Part shown: positions 51,980 to 63,241 of the stretch, piece by piece
How the letters are laid out: each line of letters opens with the position of its first letter
How positions within the stretch are numbered: the first letter of the stretch is position 1
DNA from: Camelus dromedarius
Taxonomy: Eukaryota
Reading direction: 5' to 3'
Length of the DNA: 64,000 nt
Assembly: GCF_036321535.1 (NCBI RefSeq)
Contig: NC_087437.1
Location: 87,484,001-87,548,000, forward strand
Notes under the pieces: generated by a model
What the model saw: only the letters and a program-made list of their open reading frames with translations
What the model was told of the DNA's origin: nothing
Database searches by the model: none
Translations under genes and position numbers: made by a program

Positions 51980-52290
51980 AATGCTGGGGCCCGGAGACTA
52001 AAAGACCAGGCAACAGAGAACAGAGGGAAGAGGGACGCCATGGTACATTGAGTCCACACACGGTGCTGGGCACAGCGGGTCTTCAGTGCTGGTGGAACGT
52101 TGATTGTGTGCCAGGACTGTGCTCATCGCTTAGTGTATATATATATATATACACTGCTTGATCATTAAGCTTCAAACACCATATGCAAAACACTCCATCT
52201 ATTCCCAGACGAGTGGTATTTGTGAGAAGGATGCCATCATCATTCCCATCCTATGGATGAGATGACTGAGGCACAGGGAGGTGAAGTAAA

Positions 52291-52400
52291 CTGGATTTTC
52301 AAAAGAAGAGAATCTGGAATTTTATGTGAAAACTCTCAATTTGTAAATGTTGGCGAGTAATTCCGATATTTTAACACACTACCACCACCAACAAAAATTA
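52291..52400. mobile_element. hAT MITE fragment (MER45-like) next to a MIR fragment (about 52235-52290)
   Basis: 'aatctggaattttatgtgaaaactctcaatttgtaaatgttggcgagtaattc'. Confidence 0.5.
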
Positions 52401-52718
52401 ATATCTTCATGTTATAGATACTAAGTGAATGTCAAATTGAAGCAGATTTAGAATTCAGTGCTTTTTCTAATGAATGTTTTCTTATGGGTGTTATTCTGTG
52501 AAATAATTTCCTAGGCTACAAGGTGTATGTTTATAACACAGTGGCTTCTTGTGTAAGCATTGCGGCAGCACTTTTTATACTATACAATCGTAGAAATTGG
52601 TTATAAGACCAACCACATATTCAGATAATCAGCGGATTGGAAAACCAGCTTATAAGCTTAGGAGATAAAAAGAGGGCTTACTTTATCATTTCCTCTTCAT
52701 TCTTAAATGTGCACTTAC

Positions 52719-52794
52719 CTTCAAAAATTTTAAAGCACTACATATTAATGCTCAATGTCAAACAGAGATAAAACAAGTAAAGCACAGTCTCATA
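52719..52794 (-). other. Candidate non-coding exon, 76 nt
   Basis: Acceptor 'gttattatttcag|T', perfect donor 'AAG|gtaagt'. Confidence 0.3.
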
Positions 52795-53296
52795 CTGAAA
52801 TAATAACTTGAAGGGATTCAGTGAAAAAGCTGGAAGATGTTAGGTATATTACCAAAACTTTAATAGTAGTAAAGACGATTAAAATAGTACAATGAGAGCA
52901 CCCTGTACCCCCAGAGGCGACTATAAAGAAGGTCCTATAATAACAGATCTGTCAAGCTAGTCTTCTGACTGAGGCAGTTCTCTGCCTTTGTTTCAATGGT
53001 CCTTGAAATACAAATGACAATGTAACATGGATGTACGTGTGTGTGTGTGATTGATGACACTTTTACTATTTTTCCTTAAGATAGTCTGTTTTTTAGATTG
53101 CCTTACATTTTGTCCAAAAAATTCTTATTTTCTGAAATAAATTATGGCTGTAAATACTTTTAATGTTTTTCTTAAAAAAGAAAGACTTTCTCTCTTTGGT
53201 GAAATAAAAACGTCTTGGCCTCAAGAATTCTTTAGAATTGTATTTGCATTTCAGAAATACAAAATTCTGAAAACTGCTGCTGTTGAGTTTATTCAC

Positions 53297-53365
53297 CTTC
53301 CCCATGTGCGTATCAGAACACCCCCTTCTCCTGGCTTGTTACGCTAAATCTTCAGCAACGTTAAC
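53297..53365 (-). other. Candidate non-coding exon, 69 nt
   Basis: Acceptor 'catctccctgctcagcctcag|G', donor 'AAG|gtgaat'; stops in all three frames. Confidence 0.3.
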
Positions 53366-55149
53366 CTGAGGCTGAGCAGGGAGATGTGGTCACATCTTGG
53401 GTGACTGGCCTAATTTGATCAATTCCAATGATCACTTTACTTAATATCCACTGTCTATTAGGAAAGCTGAACTTTTGACCTGTTTCCGGACTACTTTTCT
53501 TCTCTGTGGCTTCTGGCTTCTTCAGTGCCTTTTCATTAAGTTATTTTCTGGATTTATATTTAGTTCATATTCTCTCAACAGGAAATGAAGAATATAACTA
53601 TCAGATTGTTCAATTCTTGGATGGAATTTTGAAAACAATGGATTAACTTTACACATTTTTTGACTGAAGCAGTCGGTTCCAACAAACCTAACACTTAATC
53701 TCTTTCAAGGTGATGAGTTTCTCATTGATCTGCTAGGCTGCTAGCCCTGGAAAGGTAGAGTGATAAGTAATCAGCTATCATGAAAATAAATCTCCAGCAT
53801 TGTATTTTGGAAACTCACAATGAAAAAGAGCAAAGAGATTATCAATTGCTATGGATTTCTGTATTTGACAAGAATTTACAGAAAATTAAATAAAATTGTG
53901 GATTCACTAAATATAAATAAGTATTAACATTCATGTGAATAACAAAACCATTAGCAATATTTTTGGATTGCTAGGCAAGCACCACTACAAATGCATTTAA
54001 AATATATTTGTATCTTCACAAAATCTAGCTTACATCATCTCATCCATTTTATGTAGATTTTAGCACATACAAATGCAATGCATATCTTTTTCTCTTCATC
54101 AAGATTTGAATATCTTAAAATATATGTATTCTCATGTATTTACTTGATTTTAAGTTAAATCATTCTAAGTACATCATGATAAAAACACTACAGTAAAAAT
54201 TCACAGAAATGTAATATTTGAGAAGGTCCCTTGTATGCAGATGAAATGTATTTTCTTGGGATATATCCATGCATGTTATACTTTGTGCAAATTTATTTCT
54301 TTTCTGTCATCATTCAAAACATATTACATAAATCATGAAAATGTCACTGATCTGGTAAATATGGATCAATGAACAGTCAAAAATATGACCTTTTAATAAT
54401 AGAACAAGAGAAGGAAGGGAAAGAACCAACATTTCTTGCTTCATTATTATTTGCCAAGTGTTCTGCTATGAGAGTATATAAGTATGGATATTATATACAT
54501 ACATATATATCTATTTAATTCATCATAAAAATCTCATAAACTATCACAATTATCCTCATTCAAGGAAAAAAAAACTATGTTGAGAGATTTTTTTCCAATG
54601 TCTAACAAAACATATTTATCATTGTAGATGGAAATTCAAACCCAGAGTCACCTTCCAGTCTTCTGTTTCCATCTAAGATTAACTTGTATCAGACAGACTC
54701 TTTTGCCAAGAAATTTTAAAACTGGCTAAAATTAAAAGAAACAAGCAAACAGCAGTTTGAAGGAATCTTGGAGCAGACAAGGAAACCAAGATTTGAGGGG
54801 TCACAGTCCTGAAGGGAAGGAAAATGCAAAATTTAAAAAAAAGGCTTTTGTTCACCATTAATTTTTTTCTTTCACTTTGGACATTTGTAATTCCCAGGAC
54901 AGGATAAATAGACTGAACAGGAAACAACATCATAGATTTTGTGGCCAACTCAACTCACTAAAATGGGATGGGAATAAGAGTAGAGGTCATGGGTACCAGG
55001 ACAGCAGGAAATTGAGGAGCCAAACTGAGAGAAAATGGAATCAATCATGGAGAAATGAAGTGAAGGGATGAAAAATCAAGAAACTATGAGGAAAATGTTT
55101 GGTAAGGCTGAAACATTCAAGAGTGCTTAACAATCTGACAGTACTAGTC

Positions 55150-55735
55150 TGCCCACAAAAAAGGAGGAGCTCCGGCAAGCCTGAGGCTTCCCATTGAGAC
55201 TGCTGGGGAATCTACGCTATAGGAGGAAGGACAGAGTAGAAGCAGACCAACCCTGCGAAAGCCTGAAACCAGCTTAGAAAAATTTTAGTCTCAAATTGGG
55301 TCGAGGTGACCTGCCCATATGTTACCTGCCTAACAGATGAATATTAAATCTTCTCTGAAGAAAGATAACATCATTCAGAGTTTTTACCATTTTTCACACA
55401 CAAAAATTGGCACTCAGTCAAAAACTACCAGGCATGACAGAGACAGAAATAAATTATCAGAAACCAAGAGAAAAAAATAGACAATAGATATAAACCTCCA
55501 GTGATCAAGATTTTGGAGTTACCAGAAACAAACTTTAGTACAACTTTGATTAAAATATTCAAAACCATTACAAAAATAGATAAAATGATGAACTTTACCA
55601 GAGATGTGACATCTGAAAATAAAGCAGATGAGTATTTTTATACTGAAAACTACAATTTCTGAAGTTAAAAACCTAGTAGATTCCTGTAACAGCTGAAAAG
55701 AGAAATAGTGACTAAAATATTGCTCAGTAAAATGG
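55150..55735 (+). mobile_element. Old L1M 5' UTR/ORF1-start remnant
   Basis: 'aaaactaccaggcatgacag…aaaatagacaatag…gattttggagttaccaga…ctgaaaactacaatttctgaagttaaaaa'. Confidence 0.7.
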
Positions 55736-56874
55736 AGAACAAACACCACCTATTTCTCTTTTTAAGGTGGTTGTACTTGTATTACTTCTCTTGTGGAAGG
55801 ACTTTTTGAGTTTCTTATGACTAACTCCTCTCATTAGATCTCAACATAAATATCACTTTTCAGAGAGGCTTTCTATAATTGCCCTGTTTGATAGGTCTCC
55901 TCCCAGTCTACCCATCACACTTTCCTCTTTGTTTCCATCAAAATACTCCTCAGGGCAAAAAACTTTAGGTGATAAAATTGATAAGTGTAAGGACTTTTTT
56001 AATGTGTAAGCTTAGGCAAGTTACCTTCTTTGAATCCAACTTTTTTTTTCATATAATAATGATACTAATGCACACGTTAAATATTGCTAAAGAGTAAATA
56101 AGACAATGTATGTAAAGCAACTAGCTTAACGTGAAGGAGGTTTTCATTTTATCGAAGAGTAAAACAATATTTTGAAGAGTTGAGGCTACTTGGGAAATTA
56201 ACCCAAACCCACAGACTAGTTAACCTGAAAACAGCTGCATCACAGTAGAAACCATACGGGACCTCGTGTCAGATGCCTTGGTCCCAGTTCTCATTCAGCA
56301 GCTTACCTGCGTGGTGGCATTATTCTGTCAGTGTTCGGAATTATAAAGTGGGTATAAGGTACACATCACAATGCTGAGAACTAAGGGGGAAAAAAGTTCT
56401 GTGTAAACTTGTTATTATCATTACATCTGCCCACCATAAAATCTCCTAATTCATTGACCATTCCCTGATACAGCAAATATTCTAGAGTTTCCATTGCCCA
56501 AAAATTGATCATTATTTCTCTTTTGAGGTTTGGTAATGTACATTTGGATAATGTCTCTCTGCTTTACTGCATCTTGATCAACTGGAAAGATATAGAAATG
56601 AGGTTCCTGTCTGGGAGTTTGCCAAAATCACATTGATTTTATAATTAAATGCTATTTCCTACATGAAGCATTTAATTCTCGGATGCTCAGGTATTGAAAA
56701 TGATGTTGCCAAGTTAAAAAGAAAGTAAATCATCATTTGCTTCCTTACATAAAATATTATTGAGGTTGGCTTGAGATCAATGAAGAGATCATTTACGGCG
56801 AGAACACCATTCATTCACTGTCCTAGGCAGATATATACAAACCTGATTTTGCATTCTCTAAATCAAGCTTTGCC

Positions 56875-57079
56875 CAGGAGTGGGCAAGCTTTTCCTAAAG
56901 CAAATATTTAAGGCTTACCAGCCATAAGGTCTCTGCTGGAACTACTCAATACTGCTGTTACAGTTGAGAAGCAATCATAGACAAAGTAAAAAAGAAAAAA
57001 TGGAAATGGCTATGATGCAATAAAACTTTATTTACAAAAGCAGGTAGCTAACCCATGGCATATAATTTGCTGACCTCTG
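56875..57079. mobile_element. hAT-Charlie MITE (MER58A-like)
   Basis: TIR-like ends caggagtgggcaagct…tttgctgacctctg; internal 'caataaaactttatttacaaaagcagg'. Confidence 0.85.
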
Positions 57080-57279
57080 CTTTAAGTGATTAAGAAACTG
57101 CTATGATGAAAAATAAATGTAAAGGCAAGGAAATACGTTGCCTTTTTAAGAAAAATAATTTATCATAAATCTATGACATAGAGTTTTTCAAATAATACAA
57201 ACTCTAATAAAGAAAAATAGAGGGTTAATTCTTACTTGCAGTGGAAACTTACTAACTGTACATAAAATTTGTTCTTTCT

Positions 57280-58540
57280 TGCAGTGAAGTATAGCCTGCG
57301 TTTTGGCCAACAGAAATGGGCAAACATTTTTAGTATGTATCATTTCTAGGTTTGGGTCATAAAACTCCCCCATGTATTTTCTTTACCTACTTCCCCATCT
57401 GTCAGCCAGATGCAGAGGATCCAGCAAAAGACTGAGATTCCAGGAGATGGAGGAGCCTGAGTCACTAAGCAACCGTGTGAAAAAACACCCCTAGCCCCTT
57501 TGTGCCATCAAATGAACACTATATGCGTGACAATTAACTTCCATTTTACCAATTCACTGAAACATCTGAGCTGACATTTTACCAACTAGTATTAGCAACC
57601 ATAAAAAAAAAATCAGTACTCGAAACCCTAAATGCATACAATTGACTTAATGTGTTAGCAGCAGGTGGTGAGGACACAGATGCAGCAAGCCCTCGACTAG
57701 GGACCCTGGCTCTGCTGTGGGAAGCACATAAAGTGGAGGCCTGAGGTACCTTGCAAGTAAGACCATGTGACAACCAGACCTGGGATTTCAGAGGAAGTTG
57801 CTGGAAAGAGTCAGAATATGTGTATTTGCTCTTAGCTGCCTCTAACAAGGTATTACAAAATAGAGATGAGCTCAGACAATGACTGGCTAGCTCTCATGGT
57901 GAGATCAAGGGCTTTGTAGATGCTCAAGGTCAAAAATGGATGAAACTAAAAATAATTTGAGTGCCACAGGCCCAGTGAGATTTCTCAATTGAGCCAAGTA
58001 CTCAGTCTTGTAGCAAAGATCAGATGATCGGATTAAGGGTGTTACCTTCCCATTCAAGACTCCTTTTCCCAAAAACCTCTAATTGTCTGTTATTATAAAG
58101 GAGGAAAGAAGGGTAGAGGGGAAGAAAGTGAGGAGTGAAAGAAAGAAATGAGAATAGAAGAAAGAAATCATAGTTGAGAACTGTACGTCTAGAAAACACT
58201 TGGATGTGATTACTGGCACATGAAACTGGATGGCAGGAAATAACGTCAAGATCTCCTAGTTTTGAGGGAGTTTTATTTCCAAAGAAACCACAAACCTGAA
58301 CGTAAAAAATGTTTTAGTGTCCAAGCCTTAAAACAACCTGTGGGCTCAAGGGCAGGAAGGAGACCGTGAAGGCTTTCCCGTCCCCCAAGGTGACAGTGAC
58401 AAATGAAAGAGACCAATGCAGAGCCTGGAGCTAGATGCCTTGGAGAACATCTCCCAGATTTGGATTTGTCTCCCATTCTTCTCTTTTCCAAATGGAAAAC
58501 CAGCACAAATCTATGAAATGCAATGGAAGTGCTTCAAATA
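57280..58540 (+). mobile_element. MaLR LTR (about 57280-57600) followed by MLT1 internal-like sequence
   Basis: LTR motifs 'ttttggccaacagaaatggg' and 'gatggaggagcctgagtcact'; internal motif 'ctcttagctgcctctaacaaggtattacaaaatagagatgagctcaga'. Confidence 0.6.
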
Positions 58541-58682
58541 GATCCAATGGAAACAAAGAGGGGGAAAAGCATTTTGATCAATACTACATATAAAAATGAT
58601 AACAACTTACAAAACCGCATATCTGTGTGGGTGTGCACAAATATGTGTATATGTATATATATGCATATACATATATGTATAC

Positions 58683-58892
58683 CTTTTGTTTTTAAAAGCA
58701 GTATTTTTTCATACTTTTGTAGTTCATAGTCCATGATTCTAATCTCAGTAAGTGTAGCAAATGCCTTCGGTGTATGTCCCTGCCTTCGGCACATCCTGGT
58801 GTACGTGAGATCCCTCCCTGGTCCATGCGCCTTCTCGAACAGTCCTCTCGTAGGACCTTGTGTATGTCTTCTACTCCTGTCATTGTTCCATG
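58683..58892 (-). other. Candidate internal exon, 210 nt
   Basis: Acceptor 'ttttctctactcacag|C', donor 'AAG|gtatac'; GC- and CpG-richer than flanks. Confidence 0.4.
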
Positions 58893-59558
58893 CTGTGAGT
58901 AGAGAAAACCCTCCAAATGTATCATCAAAACCAGGTAAGCATGGGTACCAATTCTGCTTCATCATTTCTAACAGAAAACTACCTTTCGAGTGACTGCTGA
59001 GCTATTTCAGTCATAGGTTGCAATACTTAAAATCTATTCTTCATAAAAAAAAAAAAGTAGATCAATTTGACACATTTGTAAATAGAAGCAAAAACAATAT
59101 TATCAATATTTTCTTTCATCATATATAACAGAAAAAAAGTCCCCTTTATAAAAGTGTATAAAAAAAGACGGTATCTCATCTCACCTACTGACTTTTAATA
59201 CAGAAGAACACTTTTGAAATTACCAATCACTCAAATATAGTACATGTTTAATTCCTTTATAGTGACTGAACATCTTGGATAATTAAAAGTTAATGACCTG
59301 AAAAAAGAGCAGAAGCTTAAGTAAGTGTATTATTTGTTTTTATCCCTGTTTGAATTGCATAATCCAAATGACTTATATATGTTACTATCATTTATTGTAA
59401 AAAAGTGATTTTCACTTCAGAATTCTCACACTCATGTGCCACAATATAGGAAGACTGGGATGCCACAGCATGTATTATACCTGTGGTAATGTGGAGACAG
59501 AAAATAATTGCAAAAAGCTGATGTATTTCTATAAAATTTTAGTATAAAATATACTTAC

Positions 59559-59615
59559 ACCTTTTCATGACATCTGCAAATATAAAGTGCAAATAAAGCT
59601 TCTTTAAATCTGACA
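59559..59615 (-). other. Candidate cassette exon, 57 nt
   Basis: Acceptor 'ctgtatttttcttag|T', donor 'GGT|gtaagt'. Confidence 0.25.
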
Positions 59616-59775
59616 CTAAGAAAAATACAGCTGATTCTGAGGTTTTTAATCCTTGCATATAGTGCTGTTTTATTTAGATATTTTCACAAACGAGTAAGCC
59701 AATCCAAGTGACTGTTAAGTCACGTTGGAACAAGAGCTAAGATTTAATCCACAAAAGCATATACTTAATATTTAC

Positions 59776-59927
59776 CAGTTGCATTGAGGCAGAACCCTTC
59801 CAGCATGTGAATTACAGGCGTTTTCAACATTGTCTCTTGGAGCTTTGGGCAGAAAACACCCTGGAACTGGTTCAGAATTCAGTCTTTCTCTCATCTTTAT
59901 TCTTTGTTTTGGTTGTGGTTTGATGTG
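59776..59927 (-). other. Candidate internal exon, 152 nt
   Basis: Acceptor 'ctgtcttttgcttttcaag|C', donor 'CTG|gtaaat'. Confidence 0.4.
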
Positions 59928-60166
59928 CTTGAAAAGCAAAAGACAGCTAAGTGGCAGTGAAAATAAAGTAGATTCATTTTCTGAGTTCACATTTTTAGAT
60001 GACTTTAAAAAGTCGCCACATTTGGAAAAGCAAATTACAACATAGAAACATCACATGGACTTAAATCTCATCTCATACAACAGATGACAAAGGCCAATGA
60101 AGGAAAGAAAAGCTGCATGAATAGACTGCAATTAGAAAAAAAATGCAAGAATAAATGCATACTTAC

Positions 60167-60250
60167 CTTAGATGCCACATGACAGTGCACCAAGAGCTTT
60201 GACAGGTGATAAAGACACAACTTGGCACAATCAGCAATTATTTTTGGCAC
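60167..60250 (-). other. Candidate internal exon, 84 nt
   Basis: Minus-strand acceptor 'tttttctgcttcactacctcttttgtag|G' and perfect donor 'AAG|gtaagt'; unique non-repeat context. Confidence 0.55.
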
Positions 60251-62906
60251 CTACAAAAGAGGTAGTGAAGCAGAAAAATCTGTCCAAGAATTAATCTGCA
60301 GCTGCACAACGCAGGGCTTCCTCATCCCCAGGCTGTGATACGGAGCACAGGCAGGTATGTGGAAGTTCCTGAAATAATCAGACCATCAAAATACATTTTT
60401 AACATTGGAGTAAAGAACAGATATTAATAAATAGGTGCTGTATGTAAATACAGATACACATTTTTTAGATATTTTATTTTCATCTTTAATAGCCTTAAGA
60501 ATAAAATTGAATTTACTAGCAAAATATCTTTAAGAAATCATGTGCAACCCAAAATAATTTCATCTTTTTCAGAAGTACAACTTTTGTTGCAACAGGATTC
60601 ACTGCCATAAGGAGATGCTGTGCACTCAATTCAGGTGTTGGATGAAGCCAAACGCAGGCCTGGATGCCAAATCATGTACACCAATCACTCTGGTCAGGAC
60701 TAATTAGATGTTGCCTCCATTTTTCCAGCTTCCACAAAAGCAAAGATTTATACACATGTACAGGATATCCTGTCCACAGTGCTGTCCTGCATACATTAAA
60801 ATCTGCCGTCATTTCAGGAGGAATGATCAAATTACTTCCTGTGGATCGTAACACTTGGCCTAGTTTTAACCAAGTGGCTGATGCTTCAGCTTGATATCTG
60901 GTTACACTTTTAAAGAAAATGAGAAGAATGAGAATTACTTTTAGTCAGAATTTATAAAATCACAAATATACAGTAAATTGATTTTTTTTTTAGATAAGTG
61001 AAAAGGATATGGCATTGGTATTTTTTTTTTGTATTATAATTGAGTCAGGCTTCACGAAAAGTAATTTCCTTTTGCAAAAACAGATCAAGTGTTATATTGT
61101 TGCTTTTGTCTTTCTTTTCCTCCTAGTGAATCATCATTGTTTTAGGTGACCTGACAATATCCATCTCTCAGGATAAAATCCAATAACTAATTCATACAAA
61201 GTTGTCAACTCATGCATTTAAATGCACTGATGAATCCCGGGAGCTTTGTTGCACTTGATTTTTCTCAAAATTATGTAAAAAGGTCAAATGGCTTAACAAC
61301 TGATAGTCAAGAGATTTAATGTTTAGAGATATTTCTTCATCTACTAGTTTTTAAGTTAGCACACTTCTACTATATTTCCAAATTCACTTTTCTTTGTTTT
61401 TCTCAATAAACTGTCATTTAGAATTCTTTATAAATATAAAGAAACCAACAGCTCGAGAACTAGCACGTACAATGTTATCTAATTCCTGGACTTGCACTTT
61501 AGTGTCTGTGTGAGGACTACAAACTGAGCCAAAAATGCAGGATAAAATCTCAGATTTCCTCATATGTGAGTCTTACCCAAATCGATTGAAATTGCTCAAG
61601 GGTAATCAAGTGTACAACTGGAGTTAATAATTTTCATTTAGCCATAATATCATTGCTTTTTGAGTGCTGGCTTCTTGCCTTCTGCATCATGTATTTTTGT
61701 TATGCTTAGCTTGCTTAAAATCATAAATTTGTATCATTTGCAAACTGAGCATCATAACTAGAAAATATTCACTCTTCCCTCTCATCTTGACCCCAGTTGG
61801 AATGACTTCTTATATTCAGACTTCATTTGTCTTTCCAAGTAATTAGGACTCTATTTCAAACAAAATTCATGACCATCCTAGGATGCCTCATCTCTGAACT
61901 GAAGGTGTCTTCACCAAATCCTTACGAAGCACCACTGGCCTCTTCTTCCCTGGTAGCCAGCTACTAAGCATTGTTGAATTATAATTATAATCCTGGCCAA
62001 TTGGGCCTTCCAGAAATGCATGCTTTTTAACCAATACTACCATTTGCCAATCTTAATGATGCTCTGTAAGGGGAGTGTTCAAGGTTGACTTGTCTGTTCT
62101 CTTCACTGTTGTAGCCCCTTTGCCTGGAACAGAAAGTCCTACTTGGTAGATGCTCAGAAAGTTCTTGATAAATGAACACACTGCAGCTGTTGAAGTCATC
62201 TCCAATTTTTTCTGTCTCCGCTACCCTTCACTCTCAAGACCATCTGATACCTGCTGCCATTCCTTCCTCTTGTTTTTTCAAATTATAAACATTTTATGAT
62301 GAGAGAGGCTAGGAATACTCCTATTTGGACAGCTTCCAATTTCTCAGCAGTTTTTTCCGACACAGCCTCACTCCTTGTACATATCTTTACCTTTTCTCCA
62401 TCTCTAGTCTCTTGAGAAAGGCCAAAGTCTGAGAAGTGTTTTGCAATCTTATTCCATGTCCATCTTCATTTTCTTTTTCTCCTCATTCTTAACTTTGTAG
62501 AAGCAGATAGCCATAAGAATTAGAATGTACTTTACAGGCCATCTGGTCTAGCTTCCTCATTTCATCAATGATGTAACCAAGATGGAGAGGAAGAGTGGCA
62601 CTTTGAAGATCACAGAAAAGACAGTCACAAAAACCAGGATTATAAAAAGTGTTCCAAACACCCATCCCAAGTTCTTTCTACTGTTCCACTATCATTGTCC
62701 CTTTTCGTGGTCTCATTTTTTCTTTTTTTTTTTTTTTTTTGAAGAATCCTCTAATGCGGTCTATAACAGGCCAGAGAAGACTCTCCCAAAGAAGTAATAT
62801 TTAAGCCCATCCTCAAACAACAAAGAAGCATTTATCTAGTGATGAAGTCACAGAACAACTTATATGAAAGCAAACAGTCCAGCAAGTTTGAAAAGCATAA
62901 AAACCT

Positions 62907-63241
62907 TGTTGACTTAAAACAAAAAGACTGCCAGATACTTCTCCAGCAAAGCTGGGTTTATTTAGGATCCAGCAGAGAATTGCAGTTTGGGGTCTGCCAC
63001 CATGGCAAGCCACATGCAAGTCCTCTCACAGCAGGAGGAGAAAGGCTTTTACAGAGAGGGAAAGGAAGTGGGGAGGGCCATAGCAGTGTTTGTGGCTTTT
63101 CACTGGTTGAGACCTTGCCAGGAAAGAAGAGGAGTCTTGACTCTCCCTGTTGGGCTCTGCTCTGGTAACAGGGCATGAGTGCTCCCGCTTCAGGTCTCCC
63201 AAATCTATTTAGCTGAAGTTTCTATTTATTATTTTTTTACA
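62907..63241 (-). mobile_element. Solo ERV LTR (ERV1-like, probably cetartiodactyl-specific)
   Basis: TG…CA ends; flanks acct / aact (4-bp TSD with one mismatch); minus-strand AATAAA about 50 bp from the left end; GC-richer than its flanks. Explains the ORFs at 62813-63178. Confidence 0.7.

Noticed and set aside
51928..60324. Exact 14-mer GCAGGGCTTCCTCA at 51928 and 60311
   Set aside because: Several exact 14-mer pairs are expected by chance in 64 kb, and the flanks do not extend the match.
60760..60773. 14-bp palindrome ACAGGATATCCTGT
   Set aside because: A few palindromes of this length are expected by chance in this window; no supporting context.
62813..63178. Four overlapping ORFs
   Set aside because: Explained by the GC-richer solo LTR.
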